A program made the translations under genes and the position numbers. Positions 12,744-25,654 of a stretch of 64,000 nt of DNA are shown piece after piece (the first letter of the stretch is position 1; every line of letters begins with the position of its first letter). The notes under the pieces were generated by a model that saw nothing but the letters and a program-made list of their open reading frames with translations, ran no database searches and had not been told where the DNA came from. The stretch comes from Octopus vulgaris (taxonomy: Eukaryota), in the NCBI GenBank assembly GCA_951406725.2, contig OX597837.1, forward strand, positions 28,458,001-28,522,000, given 5' to 3'.

Positions 12744-15700
12744 TAATAATGTTCGTCCTTCGGTTCGAAGATGACCAACTGACATCATCTGATGGAACTG
12801 GCGCCATGAGACCGGAGGTGGCTGGTGAGGCCAATCCGGGCAAGGAAGCCCCTCCCACAGGTGGGGCAGAAGTGGGTAGGGGCCGTGCTACTGGTGCAGG
12901 CGGCTCTGGCTTTACGCATCTGACGTTTCTGCTCCGCTGACCGAATCCGTCCCTCCTCGGCTGTCCCTGCTCCCACGGTGATTGCGCTGCGCCAGGATGA
13001 GCGGTTGGCAGCAAGTGTCTCCCAGGTCTCTGTTCCGATGGAGAAGTCTTTGAGAGAGACCTTGAGACTATCCTTGTAGCGCTTCTTCTGCCCTCCGACT
13101 TTGCGCCTGCCCTGGCCGAGTTCACCGTAGAAGAGCTGTTTTGGGATGCGAGTGTCGGACATGCGGGAGACGTGACCCGCCCATCTCAGCTGGGCCTTGC
13201 GCATGATTGTGATGGTGCTAGGGAGATCTGCCTGCTTCAGAACTTCCGTGTCTGGGACTTTGTCCTGCCAGCGGATGTGAAGGAGGTTCCGAAGACACCT
13301 GAGATGGAAGTGGTTTATCTGGCGCTCGTGCCTTCGGTAAGCAGTCCACGTCTCGCAGCCGTATAGTAGGGTGGTAAGCACGACTGCCCGGTAGACTTTC
13401 AGCTTGGTGTTGAGGCTGATTCCTCTCCGCTCCCAGACTTTCTTTCGCAGTCTCCCAAACGCGCTGCTTGCCTTGGAGATTCTGTTGATGGTTTCAGCAT
13501 CTATGTTGGCATTGCAGGAGAGAGTGCTGCCCAGGTAGGTGAAGTTTTCCACCACTCGTAGGATCCGTCCGTTCACCCTTATCTGAGGCTCATGGTATTG
13601 TTTGCCGGGGGCTGTCTGAAACATCACTTCGGTTTTCTTGGCACTGATGGTGAGACCGAAGTTGTCACAGGCTGATGAGAACCTGTCCATCTCGAGCTGC
13701 ATCTCCTGCTCATCGATTGCATTAAGGGCGCAGTCGTCAGCAAAGAGAAAGTCTCTGACGACTGTCTCCCTCACCTTTGTGACAGCCTGCAATCTTCTGG
13801 AGTTGAAAAGTTTCCCGTCTGCCCTGTACTTGATGTCGATACCGGACTTGCAGTCCCTAAAGGCGTTGGACAGCATTGCCGAGAACATGATGCTGAACAG
13901 TGTTGGGGCCAGGACACAGCCCTGCCTGACTCCGTTGGTCACCTGGAAGGCTTCAGATGAGTTGCCGTCTTCAAGGACTCTGGCTGTCATTCCGTCGTGG
14001 AACTGGCGGACAATTGCAATAAATTTGCTGGGGCAACCAAATTTTCCCATGACCTTCCATAGTCCCTCCCGACTGACTGTATCAAAGGCCTTGGTGAGGT
14101 CAACAAAGGTCATGCAGAGGTCAAGGTGCTGCTCCATGCATTTCTCCTGGAGCTGGCGGGCGGCGAATATCATGTCAGTGGTCCCTCGACCCGCGCGGAA
14201 GCCACACTGGCTCTCAGGGAGAAGGCCTTGCTCCAAGTGTTCCAGAAGGCGGTCAAGCAGGACCCGGGCCAGGATCTTGCCTGCTATGGACAAGAGGGAA
14301 ATACCTCGGTGGTTGTCGCAGGACTGCCGATCTCCTTTCCGCTTATAAATGTGGACGATTGTTGCGTCCCGGAAATCTTGAGGGAGTTGTTCCCTGTCCC
14401 ACATCGACTGGAACAGGCTGGTGAGCTGACTGATCATGGTGGGGCCGCCCGACTTGAACACCTCTGCAGGGATGGCGTCAGAGCCTGGAGCTTTGCCGGT
14501 GGACATTTTTTTGATGGCTCTGCTCACTTCCTCGACTGCAGGGGGAACAGCCAACTCGTGGTTTGTCGGCACCTGGGGGAGTCGTGCGATGGCTTCCTCG
14601 TTGATCTGGGCTGGTCGGTTGAGCACGATGTTGAAATGCTCCGCCCATCTCTCCAGGATCAGCCTCTTGTTAGTCAGGAGTGAGGTTCCATCCGAGCTGA
14701 GCAGGGGGGTTGATCCAAAGGAGAACTGCGGTCCATAGACAGCTTTCAGCGCCTCGTAGAATTTCTTGGTGTCGTGTTTGTCTGCGTATCCCTGAATCTC
14801 ATCCGCCTTGGCGCTTAACCATGCGTCTTGCATGAGGCGGAGTTTAGCCTGGACTGTGCTGCGAATGTTGTTGAAAGCGGCCTTCTTTGCCGTGCAGGTG
14901 GTGTCATTTTGGTGAGCCCGCAGCAGACGGCGTTTCTCTTCCAGGAGCTTTTGAATTTTCTGGTCGTTTTCGTCGAACCAGTCCTGGTGGTTCCTCGTAA
15001 ATTGGCCCAGAGTTTCAAGGGCGATGGAATGAACCGTGTCCCTGAATGATTCCCACTGCTCATCGATGCTGGACTGGTCACTCCGAATGTCCAACAGCTT
15101 ACTGTCCATACGTGACTGGAGATCTTGTGCAGTCAGCTGGTTCTTTAATTTCGTGATGTTAAGCTTCCTCGTCACTTTCTGACCCTGTGGTCTTCTCTTA
15201 GGTCGGATGTAGAAATCCATCCTGGAGATGATGAGGCGATGGTCCGTCCAGCAGTCAGCTCCGCACATGGCTTTGACCAGTCTCACGTCCCGCCTGTCTT
15301 TCGCCCTGACGATGACGTAATCTATCAGATGCCAGTGTTTGGAGCGTGGATGCATCCATGATGTCTTGTTGCGTGTTGGCAGACGGAACAAGGTGTTGGC
15401 GATGGTAAGATCATGAGAGGCACACGCACGCAGGAGGAGCTGTCCGTTGCTGTTGCACCTTCCGATTCCTTGCTTTCCCAGTACGCGATGCCAGGCTTGG
15501 TGGTCAGTCCCGACACGGGCGTTAAAATCCCCAAGGAGGATGAGCTTCCCAGGCTGGGCTGACGTGATGAGGGAGTCGAGTTCCTCATAGAACCTGTCCT
15601 TAACTTCTTCAGTGTTGGTCATGGTGGGGGCGTAAGCACTGATGATGGTCGCACTAGTCTTGTTTCCAAGTGGGAGCTGCATCTTCATCAGCCGATCGTT

Positions 15701-16720
15701 GATACCCTCGGGGGGGGGCTTTCCAGTTTCCGCACGTGTACTGACTTAATGGCAAAACCAACACCAGCCTCACGACACTCTTCGCTGCTGCGACCACTCC
15801 AAAAGAAAGTGTAGCCGCCGCCTGTCTCTGTCAGCTGGCCTTTGTCCGCAAGGCGGGTCTCGCTCAGTGCTGCAATATCGACATTGTATCGGCTCAGTTC
15901 TCTGGCCACCAGGGCAGTTCGTCTCTCTGGTCTGTCCGCTTTGGTGTTGTCAAGCAGAGTTCTCACGTTCCAAGTTGCGAAAGTGAGCACCTTTGTTTGT
16001 TTTCTTCTTTCTTTGTTTCGACCGCTTGGAAAGGATCCCCGCCAGCCGCGGTTTGCTGACCAGAGTGAGGTGAGGCAGGCTATGTTTAGGGCAACCTTTT
16101 CTAGCCCCGTCCTCATGCTGGGGAGGCGAGCAGAGCGATCCTAAAGAGGGCTGCTCGGTCACTCAGGAGGCTGCCGGACTCCACTGCTGCCTCAGTTCAG
16201 TGAGGGGCGACCACATGTCCTGAGCCGCCTGTGTGTGGGTTCACGACTGCAGCTCCCAGTGTATCCTCACCTGCTACTTCGCCGTTTCCCCATCGCCACA
16301 GGACTTTGGGCTGGTGTCATGACGTCATGATGTCGTGACATGCGCGTGACTTGGATTATAGTGAGGGTGACTTGCGCAGGATCAGCCTCACTCTCTCGTC
16401 CTGGTGCGCCGGATCCAGTGGCAAGACAAAGTCAAGACGACTGGGGGTAGACCAAAATACAGGAGCTGCCGGAAGGTGGCACGCATGGCGCAATCCAACC
16501 GCCTTAGGGGCTCCACTCCGGATTTTGGATGGCCATTGACTCATGAGAGAGTTCCTCTGCCCTTTGACAGGTTTTGTTTTTAGTCGTGCTGGGTGTCCAA
16601 ATCACCCTCCTCACCAAGAAATCTTGGTGGGGTTGCCAGTTTAGTCGCCAACGACCCGACCATGTAACAGGTTGTACTGGATTACATGTTACCAGTAGCT
16701 CCAAGCGGAGACCTGACACA
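12744..16720 (-). mobile_element. Full-length RTE-clade non-LTR retrotransposon (~3.98 kb)
   Basis: 7-bp TSD TGTAAGG (12737-12743 and 16721-16727), ~600-nt 5'UTR, a single APE-RT ORF, a ~40-nt 3'UTR ending in (ATT)n, and high GC against an AT-rich background. Confidence 0.93.
12785..16116 (-). CDS. RTE endonuclease-reverse transcriptase (~1110 aa if the single frameshift at the 9-G run 15710-15718 is corrected)
   Basis: APE motifs TFATWNVRTL, DIAALSETR, SAYAPT, LGDFNARVG, WHLIDYVI and TDHRL. RT motifs KAPGSDAI, NHRGISLL, QCGFR, FVDLTKAFD, GVRQGCVLAP, FLFADD and YLGS. C-terminal C2H2 finger CPTCGRGFLARIGLTSHLRSH. Confidence 0.92.
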
Positions 16721-16917
16721 TGTAAGGAACTGTTCCAGTTGTATTTCATATCATAACTATATCTGTTTACTTCCATTTACGCGGGAGCTCTGGGCAAAAC
16801 GATATAGTGCATGACCATCCTTGGAACATAAGCAATGTGCGTGTAAAGTTTGGTGAAAATCGGTTGAGAATTGTAGAAATGTATGCGTTTGTCATTATAC
16901 ACACACATAATAATAAT

Positions 16918-17224
16918 CCTTTCGGGGTCGATTAAATTAGTACCAGTTACGCACTGGGGTCAATGTAATCGACTTAATCCGTTTGTCTGTCCTTGTTTGT
17001 CCCCTCTATGTTTAGCCTCTTGTGGGTAGTAAAGAAATAGGTATTTCGTCTGTCTTTACGTTCTGAGTTCAAATTCCGCCGGGGTCGACTTTGCCTTTCA
17101 TCCTTTCAGGGTCGATTAAATAAGTACCAGTTACGCCCTGGGGTCGATATAATGGACTTAATCCGTTTGTCTGTCTTTGTTTGTCCCCTCTATGTTTAGC
17201 CCTTTGTGGGCAATAAAGAAATAA
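16918..17224 (+). mobile_element. SINE family A, 5'-truncated dimer
   Basis: Meta-like body units joined by aaagaaataggtatttcgtctg. Confidence 0.8.
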
Positions 17225-17227
17225 GGT

Positions 17228-17470
17228 GTCAAGAAAGAGACTCAGGTTCATATTTCAAATTTATTTCGAAAACCAGCCAGACTCACAGACACCACTTTAT
17301 CAAGATACATTGGGGATTTAAACGACAAATTCTTAAAATCTGGCTTGAATTGGAGATAACAGCAATAATACGAACTTTCGAGATGATGTGTCCCACTGAG
17401 AAGGCTGAAATACAATTCTGTCCCAGAAAATCTCCAGTCACCAATCAAAACATAATTTTTTGGTAAAAAT
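17228..17470 (+). pseudogene. Penelope GIY-YIG C-terminal remnant
   Basis: HISNLFRKPARLTDTTLSRYIGDLNDKFLKSGLNWR* ... MMCPTEKAEI parallels the 26091 ORF (STTLASYIHALK...W...CKLC). Confidence 0.55.
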
Positions 17471-17924
17471 ACAACTCCATATTTATAAAAGGAATACAAA
17501 ATCGTCGACTGCTAGCAGTTTATTCACGCTTGACCTATTTCCATCACGCACAACATTCCGTAAGGGAAATTTAACGCTCTGAGTAACTTCCCGTAACCAA
17601 TACCCCCTTAGCACACGCGTGCACACGCCACGCACTTCAATATATTCTACTCTTGCCTTCCAATACACCTTCAACTTTCTTCCTCTCTTTCTCACTACAC
17701 CTAGCCATCTCCGTACATTATTTAGCACTCAACATTTCATAGCTTGTTTCCCAAACAACGCCAATTACAGCCAATCAAATCACGTCTTCTCTCACCAAGG
17801 AAACATGACAGAACCAATCAAAAAATACATTTCTTTTCAAAATATTTTTGGACAATGAAGTCATGTGTCTTTTCTTTCATTCTAAAGAGGAAACTCGAAA
17901 CCTCGACGGCTTCCATTATACATA

Positions 17925-18118
17925 TTACTCTTTTACTCTTTTTCTTGTTTCAGTCATTTGACTGCGGCCATGCTGAAGCACCGCCTTTTAGCTGAGCAAA
18001 TCGACCCCAGGACTTATTCTTTGTAAGCCTAGTACTTATTCTATCGGTCTCTTTTGCTGAACCGCTAAGTTATGGGGACATAAACCAACCAGCACCGTTT
18101 GTCAAACGATGAGAAACA
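17925..18118 (-). mobile_element. SINE family C 3' part
   Basis: Reverse tail ctcttttactc...gtttcagtcatttgactgcggccatgctg. Confidence 0.8.
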
Positions 18119-18230
18119 AACACTCCCCCATATATATATATATATATACATTTCAATATGTGACCGCGTGTGTATCGTTGGCGATTTTTTTCCTCCGTCT
18201 TCCCTTCCTTGGATCTTTCCTTCCCCTATG

Positions 18231-18263
18231 TTTCTGACGAAGAACTCAACTCGAAACGTTAAA
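18231..18263 (+). ncRNA. Minimal type-I hammerhead ribozyme (degenerate stem II) in a Penelope pLTR/retrozyme-like unit at about 18150-18362
   Basis: UUU-CUGACGA-A-GAACUCAACUC-GAAA-CG-UU^AAA: canonical core boxes, a self-complementary ACGU stem III and a 3-bp stem I. Confidence 0.6.
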
Positions 18264-18357
18264 TCCTCCTTCTTTCTTTGCTTTCCTGAGCATCCAATAA
18301 CACTATACATGTTCCACGTCCTGCGTTGTTGTTTTTTCTCTTTGTTCATGTTTCGAT

Positions 18358-18399
<42 letters not shown>

Positions 18400-18582
18400 T
18401 GTGTGCGTGTGTGTTTTGTTTTTGTATTTGGTTTGTAAGATTCTTTATGTGAATTCGTGTATTGAAGCATATTTCATTGCGTCTTGCAACCTTTTCAATA
18501 GTGTGTGTATACACACACACACACACGGGCCAATCACTCGCCTGTTAATAAATGAGACACACTAAAACTGGACGGAAGCCTG

Positions 18583-18584
<2 letters not shown>

Positions 18585-18638
<54 letters not shown>

Positions 18639-19016
18639 GAAGTTGTGTGTCTGTCTCCTACGATTTAGATTCCTAACTACTTCCACATTTTGCGGTGCAC
18701 TTTAACCAAAAGCGGGTATCTTATAGTCGTGATTCATATCTAGCCCTTCTGGGTATTAGCACGCGTCTACGATGAGTCTACGATTTTTAAAAAAATTTAC
18801 CATCATTTTTTCCATTTTAATGCATTTTTTCGCTATTATTTAAGGGAAGTAACTCTCTAAAAATGTCTACGATGAGTCAACGATTTTAAAAAAAATTACC
18901 ATAATTTTTTTCCATTTTTAATGCATTTTTTTGCTACTTTTTGGCTATAACTCTCTAAAAATGCTTATATAGTTATTTCCCTTACAAACCCGAGCAACGC
19001 CGGGCGATACTGCTAG
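18585..19016 (+). mobile_element. Non-autonomous Helitron (same family as 1299-2477)
   Basis: TC(AT)n start, shared body and a cccgagcaacgccgggcgatactgCTAG|T end. Confidence 0.85.
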
Positions 19017-19424
19017 TATATATGTATTAGTAGAGCTTCTGCTCTCGAATCGGACTTATTGGTAAATTGAAATAAATGGAACCAACAGGGGAACCTCAAA
19101 GTGGTCGACTAATTTGCAAGAAATAGCAACTAGATTTTGTTAAAAAAACCTGAAAGCACCTGGGTAAAAAAAAATGTGAGTTCACGAATGGAGCCCATTT
19201 AAATCGGGGCCAACTTGGTTGGAGTGGGTTACTGGGTACCTGGATGCGGTGACTAAACAACAAAAACAGCATTGATGACAAGTGTTATAAATCAATCAAC
19301 AGAATTTCGAGAGGAGGGGCTGATTGAAAAAAGTGGGTGAAAGGAAGAGGACTCGGTGGTGGGAGGTATGTAGGTAGGTAGGCAGGTAGATAGATAAGTA
19401 GGTAGGTAGGTAGGTAGGTAGGTA

Positions 19425-19843
19425 GGGCGGCGAGCTGGCAGAATCGTTAGCACGCCGGGCGAAATGCGTAGCCGTATTTCGTTTGCCGCTACGTTCTGAG
19501 TTCAAATTCCGCCGAGGTTGACTTTGCCTTTCATACTTTCGGGGTCGATAAATTAAGTACCAGTTACGCACTGGGGGTCGATGTAATCGACTTAATCCGT
19601 TTGTCTGTCCTTGTTTGTCCCCTCTATGTTTAGCCCCTTGTGGGTAATAAAGAAATAGGTATTTCGTCTGCCGTTACGTTCTGAGTTCAAATTCCGCCGA
19701 GGTTGACTTTGCCTTTCATCCTTTCGGGGTCGATAAATTAAGTACCAGTTACGCACTGGGGGTCGATGTAATCGACTTAATCCGTTTGTCTGTCCTTGTT
19801 TGTCCCCTCTATGTTTAGCCCCTTGTGGGTAGTAAAGAAATAA
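19425..19843 (+). mobile_element. SINE family A dimer inserted in (GTAG)n
   Basis: Head plus two body units. Confidence 0.85.
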
Positions 19844-20080
19844 GGTAGGTAGGTAGGTAGATAGGTAGGTAGGTAGGGAGGGAGAGAGGTAGGCAAAACA
19901 ATAATGAAACTATTGAAAGAAATTACAGAATTTCTGCTAAAAGTCGGTCAGTTCTGATTCGTTGCCAAAATCTAAAGGGCTATAAATTCTTTGGTAAACG
20001 AGAATGGAATTGGTACGCCACAACGTGTGTCTAAGCCTACATGTCAGGATGAGTGTGTGCGTGTGCGTGTGCGTGCGTGC

Positions 20081-20121
<41 letters not shown>

Positions 20122-20204
20122 TGCGCGTGCGAGCGCGTGTGCGTTTGTAGTTATATATCAGTGTGTGTATGTATTTTGTATTTGATTTTGTGTACGTGCA
20201 TTTT

Positions 20205-20529
20205 TTTATTCTCTTACTCGTTTCAGTCGTTTGACAGCGGCCATGCTGGAGCACAACTTCGAAGAGATTTTAGTCGAACAAATCGAACACCCCACACCCA
20301 CCCAACCACCCAAGACTTTGTTGTTGTTTTTTTTTCATGCCAAGTACTTTATCTCGCAGTCTCTTTTGTGGAACAGCTAACTTATGGGGACGTAAACACA
20401 CCAACGCCGGTCGTCAAGCGGTGATGTGGGAGACAAACACAAACACACAGATACACACACACATACATATCTATATGCGTATATATATATATATATACAC
20501 ACACACACGCACGTGTATATATATACCTT

Positions 20530-20560
<31 letters not shown>

Positions 20561-20752
20561 TCTTTTATTTGTTTCAGTCATATGACTGCGACCATGCTGG
20601 AGCACCGCCTTTTAGTTGAACAAATCGAACCTTGGACTTACTTTTTGTAAGGTTAGTACTTATTCTATCGATTCCTTTTGCCAAACTGCTAAGTTACAGG
20701 GACGTAAACACACGAACATCGGTTGTCAAGCGATGGTGGTGGGACAAACACA
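20205..20752 (-). mobile_element. Two SINE family C 3' parts
   Basis: Two reverse tails (about 20215 and 20565), each followed by family body. Confidence 0.7.
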
Positions 20753-21029
20753 GGATCTTGTTTTTAAGAATTCTCAGTAAGTAATGAATACCCAAATTGT
20801 GAATTAATTACCCGATAGTAAGAATTCAAATAAAGTAGCCCCGGAAAGGGGTTTAATGCGTTCCCAGAGTATATAGAACTTAGGGGGAAATAATAATAAT
20901 GTATATATGCTAAAATCGTGAAGCATGTTACGTAATTACAGGTTAATCAGATATAAGATAATTACAATTCAATGTAAATAACTCTGAAAAAAAAAAGCTT
21001 TTGTGCGTTCGCAGAGAATATCACCCTCA

Positions 21030-21258
21030 GGGGCGAGCTGGTAGAAACGTTAGCACGCCGGGCGAAATTTGTAGCCGTATTTCGTCTGTCGTTACGTTCC
21101 GAGTTCAAATTCCGCCGAGGTCGACTTTGCCTTTCATCCTTTCGGGGTCGATAAATTAAGTACCAGTTACGCACTGGGGTCGATGTAGTCGACTTAATCC
21201 CTTTGTCTGTCCTTGTTTGTCCCCTCTGTGTTTAGCCCCTTGTGGGTAGTAAAGAAAT
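21030..21258 (+). mobile_element. SINE family A monomer
   Basis: Complete head, body and tail. Confidence 0.85.
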
Positions 21259-21704
21259 ATATATTCGTGAATAAGTCACTAACTGAAATAATTGAATCAA
21301 TTGTTTAGGAAAGTACTTTTTACTTGTTTAAGAGTCGTACTGCATAAGTTGCGAAAATAACTCAAATAGTTAAAATACTAAGAAATAAGCATACTCAATT
21401 TGATTTATATGAAATAATTTACGAACATAAATGGATTATTTCCCTTGGCTACATATAAGGATCCCTTTCAAGTGCGAATGGGTTATTTCCCTTGGATGTT
21501 TCAAAATAATATTTCAGTTATATGTAGTGGATATAAGAATCTCTTCAAGGGGTCCTATTATCGATTTTTTTCAACAATCTAAGTACGTCGCTAGTTTTCC
21601 AGACATGAGTTCTACGCACGTGTCAAGTTTCATAAAAATCGATTAAACTATGTAGGAGGAGTTAGATAACAACGCCACAAGCAAACACACCCACAGATTT
21701 CCAC

Positions 21705-22048
21705 ATATACGACAGGCTTCTTTTCAGTTTCCGTCTACCAAATCCACTCACAAGGCCTTGTCGGCCCGAGGCTATAGTAGAAGACACTTGCCCAAGGTGC
21801 CACACAGTGGGACTGAACCCGGAACTATGTGGTTGATAAGCAAGCTATTTGCCACACCTGCGCCTATATATATATATATATATATATATACGCACACGAC
21901 AGTCGTCTTTCAGTTTCCGTCTACCAAATCCACTGACAAAGCTTAGGTCGGCTCAAGGCTATAGTAGAAGACTCTTGTCCATGGTGCCACGCAGGTATTT
22001 GAATCCAGAACCATGTGGTTAGGAAGTAAGCTTCTTACAGCACAGCCA
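21705..22048 (-). mobile_element. Two SINE family C 5' halves
   Basis: cagtttccgtctaccaaatccact...ccacaca occurs twice. Confidence 0.75.
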
Positions 22049-22060
22049 AGAATAATACTA

Positions 22061-22201
22061 TAAGGTTGTCCCAAAAGTTCGTAGAAAGTCTTGGAAAATA
22101 ATGGTCTTTATTTTGAGGAATAATTTTTGTTGCTTTTGTTAGTACTTGGAGAGTAAAAATTCAATTTTCGCAAGTGTTTACGAACTTTTGGGACAACCTA
22201 A
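22061..22201. mobile_element. 141-bp mariner-type MITE
   Basis: TIR aggttgtcccaaaagttcgta / tacgaacttttgggacaacct flanked by TA. Confidence 0.8.
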
Positions 22202-22248
22202 TAATAACAATCCGTGTGTGCTGTGTGCGTGCATGCGTGTGTGTTTGG

Positions 22249-22281
<33 letters not shown>

Positions 22282-22497
22282 TTTAAAATTAACACCAGTT
22301 ATACATTAGCGACATTCTGAGTAGCTGGAACTGCTTCCATGGGCAAAGTCCTGTTGGAAGTGCCTCTTCGAATAATATGGTAGTGTAGTAATTGTGTTTC
22401 GTTTATCATTGCATTGCAATGCTCGGAACCTAAATATAACAATATTTTCCTTTTTGGAAATTGAAAATAGTTGGTTGCCTTAATTTTGGGACACCCT

Positions 22498-22906
22498 AAG
22501 GTGGCGAGCTGGCAGAAACGTTAGCACGCCGGGCGAAATGCTTAGCGGTATTTCGTCTGCCGTTGCGTTCTGAGTTCAGATTCCGCCGAGCTCGACTTTG
22601 CCTTTCATCCTTTCGGGGTCGATTAAATAAGTACCAGTTACGCACTGGGGTCGATATAATCCATTTGTCTGTCCTTGTTTGTCCCCTCTGTGTGTAGCCC
22701 CTTGTGGGCAATAAAGAAATAAGAAACGTTAGTACGCCGAGCGAAATACTTAGCAGTATTTAGTCTGTCTTTACGTTCTGAGTTCAAATTTTTGCCTCTC
22801 ATCCTTTCGGGGTCAATAAATTAAGTATCAGTTGTGTACTGGGGTCGATCTAATCGACTGACACCCTCTCACAAAATTTCGGGCCTTGTGCCTAGAGTAG
22901 AAAAGA
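22498..22906 (+). mobile_element. SINE family A dimer
   Basis: TSD ttttg(g/t)gacaccct and the second junction type aaagaaataagaaacgttag. Confidence 0.8.
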
Positions 22907-23191
22907 ATTTTGTGACACCCTGTATCATTTTATATATTATGTCTGTATACTTGTATCTATTATCACGTTAAATTTCATTGTTCAGCCCTTTGCTGAGCTC
23001 CTTCCTTAAACGTTTCGCACAAAAACGTATTTTCGGTATAACTACGATATAATTATCCACATAATTATCCACATAACAATGGCGGTGCCTCAGCATGGCC
23101 ACAGCTCGTGAGCTGAAACTAGATAAAATAAAAATAAATATACAATTACAACACGGCAGTGTGTGTGTTATGCGTTCATGCGTGCGTGTGC

Positions 23192-23821
<630 letters not shown>

Positions 23822-23832
23822 GGTGAAATGAA

Positions 23833-24322
23833 CCTATTTCTCTATTACCCACAAGGGGCTAAACTTAGAGGGGACAAACAAGGACAGACATAGGTATTAA
23901 GTCGATTACATCGACCCCAGTGCGGAACTGGTACTTAATTTATCGACCCCGAAAGGATGAAAGGCAAAGTCAACCTCGGCGGAATTTGAACACAGAACGT
24001 AAAGACAGACGAAATACCTATTTCTTTACTACCCACAAGGGGCTAAACACAGAGAGGACAAACAAGGACAGACAAACGGATTCAGTCGATTATATCGACT
24101 CCAGTGTACAAGGGTTACACACAGAGGGGACAAACAAGGATAGACAAGCGGATTAAGTCGATTATATCGACCCCAGTGCGTAACTGGTACTTATTTAATC
24201 GACTCCGAAAGGATGAAAGGCAAAGTCGACCTCGGCGGAATTTGAACTCAGAACGTAGTGGCAGACGAAATACCGCTAAGCATTTCGCCCGGCGTGCTAA
24301 CGCTTCTGCCTGCTCACCGCCT
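23833..24322 (-). mobile_element. SINE family A multimer
   Basis: Reverse-complement body units plus head. Confidence 0.8.
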
Positions 24323-24392
24323 AACAAACATACACATATTAACACACAGACATGTGTATGCAGACATACCCGAATTCATGCACAATTGGATA

Positions 24393-24779
24393 TGGAAGCA
24401 CTCCGTTGGTCACAACGACGATGGTTCCGGTTGATCCGAATCAACGGAACAGCCTGCTCGTGAAATTAACGTGTAAGTGGCTGAGCACTCCACAGACACG
24501 TGTACCCTTAACGTAGTTCTCGGGTATATTCAGCGTGACACAGAGAGTGACAAGGCCGGCCCCTTTGAAGTACAGGTACAACAGAAACAGGAAGTAAGAG
24601 CGAGAGAAAGTTGTGGTGAAAGAGTACAGCAGGGATCACCACCATCCACTGCCGGAGCCTCGTGAAGCTTTTAGGTGTTTTCGCTCAATAAACACTCACA
24701 ACGCCCGGTCTGGGAATCGAAACCGCGATCCTATGACCGCGAGTCTGCTGCCCTAACCACTGGGCCATTGCGCCTCCAC
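24393..24779 (-). mobile_element. SINE family B
   Basis: Complete copy with TSD catgcacaatt. Confidence 0.85.
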
Positions 24780-24857
24780 CATGCACAATTATACACATAT
24801 TCACTCGCACATACGCACAGAAACAAATACATGCCTCTCTCTTTCTCTCTGTGTGTG

Positions 24858-25160
24858 AAGATGCGTGGCTTAGTGGTTAGCGTATTTGACTCACGACCGT
24901 TTGATCGTCGGTTCGATTCTCACCGGCGCGTGGTGTCCTTGAGCAAAACACTTTACTTACATTGCTCCCATCCACTCAGCTAGAAAAAAAAAATGAGTAG
25001 TACCTGTTCAAAGGGTGAGCCTTGTCACACTCTGTGTCATGCTGAATCTCCCTGAGAACTACGTTAAGGGTTTGCGTGTCTGTGGAGGGCTCAGCCACTT
25101 GCAAGTTAATTTTTAGAGCAGGGCTCTACCGTTGAGTGGGTCGATGGGAGCCCTCGTCGT
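24858..25160 (+). mobile_element. Older tRNA-SINE sharing the family B tail
   Basis: gtggcttagtggttag...ggttcgattct head, CORE-like gtgtccttgagcaaaacactt and a B-type tail. Confidence 0.65.
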
Positions 25161-25214
25161 CGTAAAGAATGAAATGCCAGATACGTGCGCACACACACAA
25201 AATTTATACGCGCA

Positions 25215-25578
25215 GCTGTATGGTAAGAATTTGCTTCCCAACCACATGGTTCCGAGTTCAGTCCCACTGCCTAGAAGCTAGGGCAAGTGTCTTCTGCTCT
25301 AGAACGGGTCGACCAAAGCTTTTTGAGTGGATTTGGTAGAGGGAAACTGAAAGAAGCCTGTCGTATATATGTATATATATAAATATATACATGTTTGTGT
25401 GTGTATATGCTTGTGTTTGTCTCCCTAGCATTGCTTGACAACCGATGCTGGTGTGTTTACGTCCCCGTCACTTAGCGGTTCGGCAAAAGAGACCGATAGA
25501 ATAAGTACTGGGCTTACAAAGAATAAGTCCTGGGGTCGATTTGCTCGACTAAAGACGGAAACTGAAAGAAGCCTTTTG
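25215..25578 (+). mobile_element. SINE family C (rearranged 3' end)
   Basis: Family head and body. Confidence 0.75.
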
Positions 25579-25613
25579 TATATATATATATAAATATATA
25601 TGTGTGTGTGTGT

Positions 25614-25652
<39 letters not shown>

Positions 25653-25654
25653 TG

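Noticed and set aside
13638-14738. Plus-strand ORFs of 236, 185 and 100 aa
   Set aside because: They are antisense shadows of the GC-rich RTE ORF with no recognisable motifs.
16640-16695. Twister ribozyme at the RTE 5' end
   Set aside because: UAA plus short helices are present, but the conserved L4 loop and the two pseudoknot pairings cannot be assigned.
19296-19571. Recurrent MRNWYLIYRPRK... ORF family
   Set aside because: It is the antisense translation of SINE family A; recurrence reflects SINE copy number, not a gene family.
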